Source: Eledone cirrhosa (Eukaryota). From it: 64,000 bases of DNA. A program made the position numbers and the translations under genes. Positions 52,711-64,000 of the stretch are shown here, piece by piece. Within the stretch, counting starts at the first letter, position 1, and each line of letters opens with the position of its first letter. The stretch is from the NCBI GenBank assembly GCA_964016885.1, contig OZ024742.1:168764001-168828000 (forward strand), given 5' to 3'. Below the pieces are notes generated by a model. The model had not been told where the DNA came from and ran no database searches. It was given only the letters and a program-made list of their open reading frames with translations.

Positions 52711-55700
52711 TTTTACAAATTATCTCCCCCTGATTTTTTTTACAAATTATCTCTCCCTGATTTTTTTTTACAAATTATCTCCCCCTGATTTTTTTTTACA
52801 AACTATCTACCCCTGATTTTTTTTTACAAATTATCTCCCCCTGATTTTTTTTACAAATTATCTCCCCCTGATTTTTTTACAAATTATCTCCCCCCGATTT
52901 TTTTTACAAATTATCTCCGCCTAATTTTTTTAAATATTATCTTCCCTTGGCTGGCGGGAAATTATCTCCCCTTGGACGGCTGAAAATTATCTCCCCTTGG
53001 ACGGCTGGAAATTATCTCCCCTTGATTTTTTTACAAATTATCTCCCCCTGATTATTTTTTACAAATTATCTCCCCCTGATTTTTTTTTACAAATTATCTC
53101 CCTCTGATTTTTTTACAAATTATCTCCCCTTGGCTGGCTGGAAATTATCTCCCCTTGGAGGCTGGAATTTATCTCCCCTTGGACGGTTAGAAATTACCTC
53201 TCCTTGGACTGCTGGAAAATATGTCTCCTTGGACGGCTGGAAATTATATCCCCTTGGACGGCTGGAAATTATCTCCCCTTGGACGGCTGGAAATTATCTC
53301 TCCTCGGACGACTAGAAATTACCTCTCCTTGGACAGCTGAAAATTATCTCCCCTTGGACGGCTGGAAATTATCTCCCCTTGATTTTTTTTACAAATTATC
53401 TCCCCCTGATTTTTTTTTACAAATTATCTCCCCCTGATTTTTTTTTACAAATTATCTCCCCCTGATTTTTTTTACAAATTATCTCCCCCTGATATTTTTT
53501 ACAAATTATCTCCCCCTGATTTTTTTACAAATTATCTCCCCTTGGCTGGCTGGAAATTATCTCCCCTTGGAGGCTGGAATTTATCTCCCCTTGGACGGCT
53601 AGAAATTACCTCGCCTTGGACGGCTGGAAAATATGTCTCCTTGGACGGCTGGAAATTATCTCCCCTTGGACGGCTGGAAATTATCTCCCCTTGGACGGCT
53701 AGATATTACCTCCCCTTGGACGGCTGGAAATTATCTCCCCTTGATTTTTTTTACAAATTATCTCCCCCTGATTTTTTTTTACAAATTATCTCCCCCTGAT
53801 TTTTTTTTACAAATTATCTACCCCTGATTTTTTTTACAAATTATCTCCCCCTGATTTTTTTTACAAATTATCTCTCCCTGATTTTTTTTTACAAATTATC
53901 TCCCCCTGATTTTTTTTTACAAATTATCTACCCCTGATTTTTTTTTACAAATTATCTCCCCCTGATTTTTTTTACAAATTATCTCCCCCTGATTTTTTTT
54001 ACAAATTATCTCCCCCTGATTTTTTTACAAATTATCTCCCCCCGATTTTTTTTACAAATTATCTCCGCCTAATTTTTTTAAATATTATCTTCCCTTGGCT
54101 GGCGGGAAATTATCTCCCCTTGGACGGCTGAAAATTATCTCCCCTTGGACGGCTGGAAATTATCTCCCCTTGATTTTTTTACAAATTATCTCCCCCTGAT
54201 TATTTTTTACAAATTATCTCCCCCTGATTTTTTTTTACAAATTATCTCCCTCTGATTTTTTTTACAAATTATCTCCCCTTGGCTGGCTGGAAATTATCTC
54301 CCCTTGGAGGCTGGAATTTATCTCCCCTTGGACGGTTAGAAATTACCTCTCCTTGGACTGCTGGAAAATATGTCTCCTTGGACGGCTGGAAATTATCTCC
54401 CCTGGGACGGCTGGAAATTATCTCCCCTTGGACGGCTGGAAATTATCTCTCCTCGGACGACTAGAAATTACCTCTCCTTGGACAGCTGAAAATTATCTCC
54501 CCTTGGACGGCTGGAAATTATCTCCCCTTGATTTTTTTTACAAATTATCTCCCCCTGATTTTTTTTTACAAATTATCTCCCCCTGATTTTATTTTACAAA
54601 TTATCTCCCCCTGATTTTTTTTACAAATTATCTCCCCCTGATATTTTTTACAAATTATCTCCCCCTGATTTTTTTACAAATTATCTCCCCTTGGCTGGCT
54701 GGAAATTATCTCCCCTTGGAGGCTGGAATTTATCTCCCCTTGGACGGCTAGAAATTACCTCGCCTTGGACGGCTGGAAAATATGTCTCCTTGGACGGCTG
54801 GAAATTATCTCCCCTTGGACGGCTGGAAATTATCTCCCCTTGGACGGCTGGAAATTATCTCCCCTTGGACGGCTAGATATTACCTCCCCTTGGACGGCTG
54901 GAAATTATCTCCCCTTGATTTTTTTTACAAATTATCTCCCCCTGATTTTTTTTTACAAATTATCTCCCTGATTTTTTTTTACGAATTATCTCCCCCTGAT
55001 TTTTTTTTACAAATTATCTCCGCCTGATTTTTTTTTTAAAATTATCTCCCCTTGAACGGCTGGAAATTATCTCCCCTTGGACGGCTGGAAATTATCTCCC
55101 CTTGGACGGCTAGAAATTACCTCTCCTTGGACGGCTGAAAATTATCTCCCCTTGGACGGCTGCAAATTATCTCCCCTTGATTTTTTAACAAATTATCTCC
55201 CCCTGATTTTTTTTTACAAATTATCTCCCCCTGATTTTTTTTTACAAATTATCTACGCCTAAGTTTTTTTACAAATTATCTCCCCCTGATTTTTTTTTAC
55301 AAATTATTTCCCCCTGATTTTTTTACAAATTATCTCCCCCCTGATTTTTTTTACAATCTCCGCCTGATTTTTTAAAAAATTATCTTCCCTTGGCTGGCGA
55401 GAAATTATCTCCCCTTGGACGGCTGGAAATTATATCCCCTTGGACGGCTGGAAATTACCTCCCCTTGGACAGCTGGAAATTATCTGCCCTTGATTTTGTT
55501 TTTACAAATTATCTCCCCCTGATTTTTTTTACAAATTATCTCCACCTGATTTTTTAAAAAATTATCTCCCCTTGGACGGCTGGAAATTATCTCCCCTTGA
55601 TTTTTTTACAAATTATCTCCCCCTGATTTTTTTTACAAATTATCTACCCCTGATTTTTTTTTTACAAATTATCTCCCCCTGATTTTTTTACAAATTATCT

Positions 55701-57070
55701 CCCCCTGATTTTTTTTACAAATTATCTCCGCCTGATTTTTTTAAATATTATCTTCCCTTGGCTGGCGGGAAATTATCTCCCCTTGGACGGCTGAAAATTA
55801 TCTCCCCTTGGACGGCTGGAAATTATCTCCCCTTGATTTTTTTTACAAATTATCTCCCCCTGATTTTTTTTTACAAATTATCTCCCCCTGATTTTTTTTT
55901 ACAAATTATCTGCCCCTGATTTTTTTTACAAATTATCTCCCCCTGATTTTTTTACAAATTATCTCCCCTTGGCTGGCTGGAAATTATCTCCCCTTGGAGG
56001 CTGGAATTTTATCTCCCCTTGGACGGCTAGAAATTACCTCTCCTTGGACGGCTGGAAAATATTTCTCCTTGGACGGCTGGATATTATCTACCCTTGGACG
56101 GGTGGAAATTATCTCCCCTTGGACGGCTGGAAATTATCTCCCCTTGGACGGCTAGATATTACCTCCCCTTGGACGGCTGGAAATTATCTCCCCTTGATTT
56201 TTTTTACAAATTATCTCCCCCTGATTTTTTTTTTACAAATTATCTCCCCCTGATTTTTTTACAAATTATCTCCCCCTGATTTTTTTTACAAATTATCTCC
56301 GCCTGATTTTTTTAAATATTATCTTCCCTTGGCTGGCGGGAAATTATCTCCCCTTGGACGGCTGAAAATTATCTCCCCTTGGACGGCTGGAAATTATCTC
56401 CCCTTGATTTTTTTTACAAATTATCTCCCCCTGATTATTTTTTACAAATTATCTTTCCCTGATTTTTTTTTACAAATTATCTCCCCCTGATTTTTTTTAC
56501 AAATTATCTCCCCCTGATTTTTTTACAAATTATCTCCCCTTGGCTGGCTGGAAATTATCTCCCCTTGGTGGCTGGAATTTATCTCCCCTTGGACGGCTGG
56601 AAATTATCTCTCCTTGGACGGCTAGTAATTACCTCTCCTTGGACGGCTGGAAAATATGTCTCGTTGGAGGGCTGGAAATTATCTCCCCTTGGACGGCTGG
56701 AAATTATCTCCCCTTGGACGGCTGGAAATTATCTCTCCTTGGACGGCTAGAAATTACCTCTCCTTGGACGGCTGAAAATTATCTCTCCTTGGACGGCTGG
56801 AAATTATCTCCCCTTGGACGGCTAGATATTACCTCCCCTTGGACGGCTGGAAATTATCTCCCCTTGATTTTTTTTACAAATTATCTCCCCCTGATTTTTT
56901 TTACAAATTATCTACACCTGATTTTTTTACAAATTATCTCCCCCTGATTTTTTTTACAAATTATCTCCGCCTAATTTTTTTAAATATTATCTTCCCTTGG
57001 CTGGCGGGAAATTATCTCCCCTTGGACGGCTGAAAATTATCTCCCCTTGGACGGCTGGAAATTATCTCCC
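51400..57070. repeat. Dispersed copy of about 27,630-33,300 (offset 23,768-23,769 bp)
   Basis: ORF pairs 27903/51672, 28626/52395, 29361/53130, 29773/53542, 32200/55969 and 32771/56540. The AAACTATC variant is shared (29,034/52,803). Confidence 0.87.
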
Positions 57071-57267
57071 CTTGATTTTTTTTACAAATTATCTCCCCCT
57101 GATTTTTTTTTACAAATTATATCCCCCTGATTTTTTTTTACAAATTATCTCCCCCTGATTTTTTTTACAAATTATCTCCCCTTGGCTGGCTGGAAATTAT
57201 CTCCCCTTGGAGGCTGGAATTTATCTCCCCTTGGACGGCTAGAAATTACCTCTCCTTGGACGGCTGG

Positions 57268-58487
57268 AAAATATGTCCTTGGACGGCTGGATATTATCTA
57301 CCCTTGGACGGCTGGAAATTATCTCCCCTTGGACGGCTGGAAATTATCTCCCCTTGGACGGCTAGATATTATCTCCCCTTGGACGGCTGGAAATTATCTC
57401 CCCTTGATTTTTTTTACAAATTATCTCCCCCTGATTTTTTTTACAAATCTAATGATTTTTAAAAAAAAATTATCTCCCCTTCGCTGGCTGGAAATTATCT
57501 CCCCTTGGACGCTGGAAATTATAGCCCCTTGGAGGGCTGGAAATTATCTTCCCTTGGACGGCTGGAAATTATCTTCCCTTGGACGGCTGGAAATTATCTC
57601 CCCTTGGCTCGAAATTATCTCCCCTTGGACGGCTAGAAATTATCTCTCTTTGGACGGCTGGAAATTATCTCCCTTTGATTTTTTTTACAAATTATCTCCC
57701 CCTGATTTTTTTTACAAATCTCCCCCTGATTTTTAAAAAAAAATTATCTCCCCTTCGCTGGCTGGAAATTATCTCCCCTTGGACACTGGAAATTATAGCC
57801 TCTTGGAGGGCTGGAAATTATCTTCCCTTGGACGGCTGGAAATTATCTCTGCTTGATTTTTTTTACAAATTATCTCCCCCTGATTTTTTTTTACAAATTA
57901 TCCCCCCCGATTTTTTTTACAAATTATCTCCCCCTGATTTTTTTTACAAATTATCTCCCCTTGGACGGCTGGAAATTATCTCCCCTTGGACGGCTGGAAA
58001 TTATCTCCCCTTGGACGGCTAGAAGTTACCTCTCCTTGGACGACTGAAAATTATCTCCCCTTGGACGGCTGCAAATTATCTCCCCTTGATTTTTTTTACA
58101 AATTATCTCCGCCTGATTTTTTTTTTAAAATTATCTCCCCTTGGACGGCTGGAAATTATCTCCCCTTGGACGGCTGGAAATTATCTCCCCTTGGACGGCT
58201 AGAAGTTACCTCTCCTTGGACGGCTGGAAATTACCTCCCCTTGGACGGCTGGAAATTATCTCCTTGGACGGCTAGAAATTACCTCTCATTGGACGGCTGA
58301 AAATTATCTCCCCTTGGACGGCTGGAAATTATCTCCCCTTGATTTTTTTTACAAATTATCTCCCCCTGATTTTTTTTTACAAATTATCTCCCCCTGATTT
58401 TTTTTTTACAAATTATCTCCGCCTGATTTTTTTTTAAATTATCTCTCCTTGGACGGCTGGATATTATCTCCCCTTTCATTTTTTTTA
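57268..58487 (+). repeat. Divergent module, copy 3 of 4 (100 bp longer: four extra A monomers)
   Basis: TCTAATGATTTTTAAAAAAAAA at 57,448 (T where the other copies have C). Extra monomer at ~57,565-57,590 and an extra 75 bp at ~58,140-58,215. Confidence 0.9.
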
Positions 58488-61466
58488 CAAATTATCTCCC
58501 CCTGATTTTTTTTTACAAATTATCTCCCCCTGATTTTTTTTTACAAATTATCTCCCCCTGATTTTTTTTTACAAATTATCTCCCCCTGATTTTTTTTTAC
58601 AAATTATCTACCCCTGATTTTTTTTTACAAATTATCTCCCCCTGATTTTTTTTACAAATTATCTCTCCCTGATTTTTTTTTACAAATTATCTCCCCCTGA
58701 TTTTTTTTTACAAATTATCTACCCCTGATTTTTTTTTACAAATTATCTCCCCCTGATTTTTTTTACAAATTATCTCCCCCTGATTTTTTTACAAATTATC
58801 TCCCCCCGATTTTTTTTACAAATTATCTCCGCCTAATTTTTTTAAATATTATCTTCCCTTGGCTGGCGGGAAATTATCTCCCCTTGGACGGCTGAAAATT
58901 ATCTCCCCTTGGACGGCTGGAAATTATCTCCCCTTGATTTTTTTACAAATTATCTCCCCCTGATTATTTTTTACAAATTATCTCCCCCTGATTTTTTTTT
59001 ACAAATTATCTCCCTCTGATTTTTTTTACAAATTATCTCCCCTTGGTTGGCTGGAAATTATCTCCCCTTGGAGGCTGGAATTTATCTCCCCTTGGACGGT
59101 TAGAAATTACCTCTCCTTGGACTGCTGGAAAATATGTCTCCTTGGACGGCTGGAAATTATCTCCCCTTGGACGGCTGGAAATTATCTCCCCTTGGACGGC
59201 TGGAAATTATCTCTCCTCGGACGACTAGAAATTACCTCTCCTTGGACAGCTGAAAATTATCTCCCCTTGGACGGCTGGAAATTATCTCCCCTTGATTTTT
59301 TTTACAAATTATCTCCCCCTGATTTTTTTTTACAAATTATCTCCCCCTGATTTTTTTTTACAAATTATCTCCCCCTGATTTTTTTTACAAATTATCTCCC
59401 CCTGATATTTTTTACAAATTATCTCCCCCTGATTTTTTTACAAATTATCTCCCCTTGGCTGGCTGGAAATTATCTCCCCTTGGAGGCTGGAATTTATCTC
59501 CCCTTGGACGGCTAGAAATTACCTCGCTTTGGACGGCTGGAAAATATGTCTCCTTGGACGGCTGGAAATTATCTCCCCTTGGACGGCTGGAAATTATCTC
59601 CCCTTGGACGGCTAGATATTACCTCCTCTTGGACGGCTGGAAATTATCTCCCCTTGATTTTTTTTACAAATTATCTCCCCCTGATTTTTTTTTACAAATT
59701 ATCTCCCCCTGATTTTTTTTTACAAATTATCTACCCCTGATTTTTTTTTACAAATTATCTCCCCCTGATTTTTTTTACAAATTATCTCTCCCTGATTTTT
59801 TTTTACAAATTATCTCCCCCTGATTTTTTTTTACAAATTATCTACCCCTGATTTTTTTTTACAAATTATCTCCCCCTGATTTTTTTTACAAATTATCTCC
59901 GCCTGATTTTTTTAAATATTATCTTCCCTTGGCTGGCGGGAAATTATCTCCCCTTGGACGGCTGAAAATTATCTCCCCTTGGACGGCTGGAAATTATCTC
60001 CCCTTGATTTTTTTTACAAATTATCTCCCCCTGATTTTTTTTTACAAATTATCTCCCCCTGATTTTTTTTTACAAATTATCTGCCCCTGATTTTTTTTAC
60101 AAATTATCTCCCCCTGATTTTTTTACAAATTATCTCCCCTTGGCTGGCTGGAAATTATCTCCCCTTGGAGGCTGGAATTTTATCTCCCCTTGGACGGCTA
60201 GAAATTACCTCTCCTTGGACGGCTGGAAAATATTTCTCCTTGGACGGCTGGATATTATCTACCCTTGGACGGGTGGAAATTATCTCCCCTTGGACGGCTG
60301 GAAATTATCTCCCCTTGGACGGCTAGATATTACCTCCCCTTGGACGGCTGGAAATTATCTCCCCTTGATTTTTTTTACAAATTATCTCCCCCTGATTTTT
60401 TTTTTACAAATTATCTCCCCCTGATTTTTTTACAAATTATCTCCCCCTGATTTTTTTTACAAATTATCTCCGCCTGATTTTTTTAAATATTATCTTCCCT
60501 TGGCTGGCGGGAAATTATCTCCCCTTGGACGGCTGAAAATTATCTCCCCTTGGACGGCTGGAAATTATCTCCCCTTGATTTTTTTTACAAATTATCTCCC
60601 CCTGATTATTTTTTACAAATTATCTTTCCCTGATTTTTTTTTACAAATTATCTCCCCCTGATTTTTTTTACAAATTATCTCCCCCTGATTTTTTTACAAA
60701 TTATCTCCCCTTGGCTGGCTGGAAATTATCTCCCCTTGGTGGCTGGAATTTATCTCCCCTTGGACGGCTGGAAATTATCTCTCCTTGGACGGCTAGTAAT
60801 TACCTCTCCTTGGACGGCTGGAAAATATGTCTCGTTGGAGGGCTGGAAATTATCTCCCCTTGGACGGCTGGAAATTATCTCCCCTTGGACGGCTGGAAAT
60901 TATCTCTCCTTGGACGGCTAGAAATTACCTCTCCTTGGACGGCTGAAAATTATCTCTCCTTGGACGGCTGGAAATTATCTCCCCTTGGACGGCTAGATAT
61001 TACCTCCCCTTGGACGGCTGGAAATTATCTCCCCTTGATTTTTTTTACAAATTATCTCCCCCTGATTTTTTTTACAAATTATCTACACCTGATTTTTTTA
61101 CAAATTATCTCCCCCTGATTTTTTTTACAAATTATCTCCGCCTAATTTTTTTAAATATTATCTTCCCTTGGCTGGCGGGAAATTATCTCCCCTTGGACGG
61201 CTGAAAATTATCTCCCCTTGGACGGCTGGAAATTATCTCCCCTTGATTTTTTTTACAAATTATCTCCCCCTGATTTTTTTTTACAAATTATATCCCCCTT
61301 ATTTTTTTTTACAAATTATCTCCCCCTGATTTTTTTTTACAAATTATCTCCCCCTGATTTTTTTTACAAATTATCTCCCCTTGGCTGGCTGGAAATTATC
61401 TCCCCTTGGAGGCTGGAATTTATCTCCCCTTGGACGGCTAGAAATTACCTCTCCTTGGACGGCTGG

Positions 61467-62586
61467 AAAATATGTCCTTGGACGGCTGGATATTATCTAC
61501 CCTTGGACGGCTGGAAATTATCTCCCCTTGGACGGCTGGAAATTATCTCCCCTTGGACGGCTAGATATTATCTCCCCTTGGACGGCTGGAAATTATCTCC
61601 CCTTGATTTTTTTTACAAATTATCTCCCCCTGATTTTTTTTACAAATCTAATGATTTTCAAAAAAAAATTATCTCCCCTTCGCTGGCTGGAAATTATCTC
61701 CCCTTGGACGCTGGAAATTATAGCCCCTTGGAGGGCTGGAAATTATCTTCCCTTGGACGGCTGGAAATTATCTCCCCTTGGCTCGAAATTATCTCCCCTT
61801 GGACGGCTAGAAATTATCTCTCTTTGGACGGCTGGAAATTATCTCCCTTTGATTTTTTTTACAAATTATCTCCCCCTGATTTTTTTTACAAATCTCCCCC
61901 TGATTTTTAAAAAAAAATTATCTCCCCTTCGCTGGCTGGAAATTATCTCCCCTTGGACACTGGAAATTATAGCCTCTTGGAGGGCTGGAAATTATCTTCC
62001 CTTGGACGGCTGGAAATTATCTCTGCTTGATTTTTTTTACAAATTATCTCCCCCTGATTTTTTTTTACAAATTATCCCCCCCGATTTTTTTTACAAATTA
62101 TCTCCCCCTGATTTTTTTTACAAATTATCTCCCCTTGGACGGCTGGAAATTATCTCCCCTTGGACGGCTGGAAATTATCTCCCCTTGGACGGCTAGAAGT
62201 TACCTCTCCTTGGACGACTGAAAATTATCTCCCCTTGGACGGCTGCAAATTATCTCCCCTTGATTTTTTTTACAAATTATCTCCGCCTGATTTTTTTTTT
62301 AAAATTATCTCCCCTTGGACGGCTGGAAATTACCTCCCCTTGGACGGCTGGAAATTATCTCCTTGGACGGCTAGAAATTACCTCTCATTGGACGGCTGAA
62401 AATTATCTCCCCTTGGACGGCTGGAAATTATCTCCCCTTGATTTTTTTTACAAATTATCTCCCCCTGATTTTTTTTTACAAATTATCTCCCCCTGATTTT
62501 TTTTTTACAAATTATCTCCGCCTGATTTTTTTTTAAATTATCTCTCCTTGGACGGCTGGATATTATCTCCCCTTTCATTTTTTTTA
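61467..62586 (+). repeat. Divergent module, copy 4 of 4
   Basis: TCTAATGATTTTC at 61,647 (= 37,261 + 24,386). Translations are identical to copies 1 and 2. Confidence 0.93.
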
Positions 62587-64000
62587 CAAATTATCTCCCC
62601 CTGATTTTTTTTTACAAATTATCTCCCCCTGATTTTTTTTTACAAATTATCTCCCCCTGATTTTTTTTTACAAATTATCTCCCCCTGATTTTTTTTTACA
62701 AATTATCTACCCCTGATTTTTTTTTACAAATTATCTCCCCCTGATTTTTTTTACAAATTATCTCTCCCTGATTTTTTTTTACAAATTATCTCCCCCTGAT
62801 TTTTTTTTACAAATTATCTACCCCTGATTTTTTTTTACAAATTATCTCCCCCTGATTTTTTTTACAAATTATCTCCCCCTGATTTTTTTACAAATTATCT
62901 CCCCCCGATTTTTTTTACAAATTATCTCCGCCTAATTTTTTTAAATATTATCTTCCCTTGGCTGGCGGGAAATTATCTCCCCTTGGACGGCTGAAAATTA
63001 TCTCCCCTTGGACGGCTGGAAATTATCTCCCCTTGATTTTTTTACAAATTATCTCCCCCTGATTATTTTTTACAAATTATCTCCCCCTGATTTTTTTTTA
63101 CAAATTATCTCCCTCTGATTTTTTTTACAAATTATCTCCCCTTGGCTGGCTGGAAATTATCTCCCCTTGGAGGCTGGAATTTATCTCCCCTTGGACGGTT
63201 AGAAATTACCTCTCCTTGGACTGCTGGAAAATATGTCTCCTTGGACGGCTGGAAATTATCTCCCCTTGGACGGCTGGAAATTATCTCCCCTTGGACGGCT
63301 GGAAATTATCTCTCCTCGGACGACTAGAAATTACCTCTCCTTGGACAGCTGAAAATTATCTCCCCTTGGACGGCTGGAAATTATCTCCCCTTGATTTTTT
63401 TTACAAATTATCTCCCCCTGATTTTTTTTTACAAATTATCTCCCCCTGATTTTTTTTTACAAATTATCTCCCCCTGATTTTTTTTACAAATTATCTCCCC
63501 CTGATATTTTTTACAAATTATCTCCCCCTGATTTTTTTACAAATTATCTCCCCTTGGCTGGCTGGAAATTATCTCCCCTTGGAGGCTGGAATTTATCTCC
63601 CCTTGGACGGCTAGAAATTACCTCGCCTTGGACGGCTGGAAAATATGTCTCCTTGGACGGCTGGAAATTATCTCCCCTTGGACGGCTGGAAATTATCTCC
63701 CCTTGGACGGCTAGATATTACCTCCCCTTGGACGGCTGGAAATTATCTCCCCTTGATTTTTTTTACAAATTATCTCCCCCTGATTTTTTTTTACAAATTA
63801 TCTCCCCCTGATTTTTTTTTACAAATTATCTACCCCTGATTTTTTTTTACAAATTATCTCCCCCTGATTTTTTTTACAAATTATCTCTCCCTGATTTTTT
63901 TTTACAAATTATCTCCCCCTGATTTTTTTTTACAAATTATCTACCCCTGATTTTTTTTTACAAATTATCTCCCCCTGATTTTTTTTACAAATTATCTCCC

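Larger units (their letters stand above)
1..64000. repeat. Compound two-monomer satellite array (25-bp A + 26-29-bp B, shared 13-bp core), running off both window ends
   Basis: AAATTATCTCCCC or a close variant recurs every 21-29 bp from first to last base, always in the same orientation. It is followed by either TTGGACGGCTGG (A) or (C/T)TGA-T7-10-AC (B). No unique sequence seen. Confidence 0.99.
55700..64000. repeat. Tandem ~4.1-4.2-kb duplication; the second copy (about 59,870-64,000) also matches about 35,490-39,610 at offset 24,386
   Basis: 55969/60140 and 56540/60711 (4,171), 57182/61381 (4,199), 59043/63142 and 59455/63554 (4,099). Also 35754/60140, 36832/61218, 38756/63142 and 39168/63554, all 24,386. 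Confidence 0.88.

Noticed and set aside
605-63839. Hundreds of short + strand ORFs (GWKLSPLGRLEIISPWTAGNYLPLD / YKLSPPDFF / TNYLPLIFF repeats)
   Set aside because: Monomer A has no TAA/TAG/TGA on the + strand, so any A run is open in all three frames. The 25-bp period and T7-10 variation shift frame constantly, most starts are TTG, and overlapping ORFs occur in several frames. The minus strand has TAA in the core, which explains the absence of minus-strand ORFs. These are artefacts of the repeat.
1-64000. CRISPR-like layout (constant core plus variable tail)
   Set aside because: The core is only 13-16 bp, and the tails are 9-13 bp and of two recurring kinds rather than unique spacers. No leader or cas genes.
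1-64000. Telomerase-type long telomeric repeat (25-bp units occur in some budding yeasts)
   Set aside because: It does not resemble yeast telomere repeats I know. Two monomer types with inherited position-specific variants and kb-scale duplications indicate DNA-level copying, not synthesis from one RNA template.
1-64000. Sequencing artefact, concatemer or synthetic construct
   Set aside because: Hierarchically shared variants and reproducible homopolymer patterns indicate an evolutionary history. The exact copy number of the near-identical duplications could still be mis-assembled.
1-64000. Assignment to a species or a named satellite family
   Set aside because: I do not reliably recognise the monomers. 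A Dfam/Repbase/WGS search is required, so no name is given.

Overview
The whole 64 kb window is one uninterrupted, single-orientation compound tandem repeat (satellite DNA, most likely eukaryotic; the organism cannot be identified from this sequence). It is built from two short monomers sharing a 13-bp core, AAATTATCTCCCC. Monomer A is AAATTATCTCCCCTTGGACGGCTGG (25 bp, 52% GC, one CpG). Monomer B is AAATTATCTCCCCCTGA(T)7-10AC (26-29 bp, ~30% GC, no CpG). Runs of A alternate with runs of B, giving roughly 2,400 monomers (64,000/~26). Diagnostic variant monomers define a small set of reusable modules of a few hundred bp. These are shuffled into nested higher-order duplications with offsets of ~2.78, ~3.09, ~3.55/4.05, ~4.1-4.2, ~11.4 and ~23.8-24.4 kb. 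I see no supportable gene, RNA gene, transposon insertion, inversion or CRISPR array. Every ORF in the track is explained by monomer A lacking a + strand stop codon in any frame. I found no evidence for a new gene-based system; the interesting content is the repeat architecture and its readable expansion history. Duplication boundaries were placed by eye and are approximate (tens of bp).
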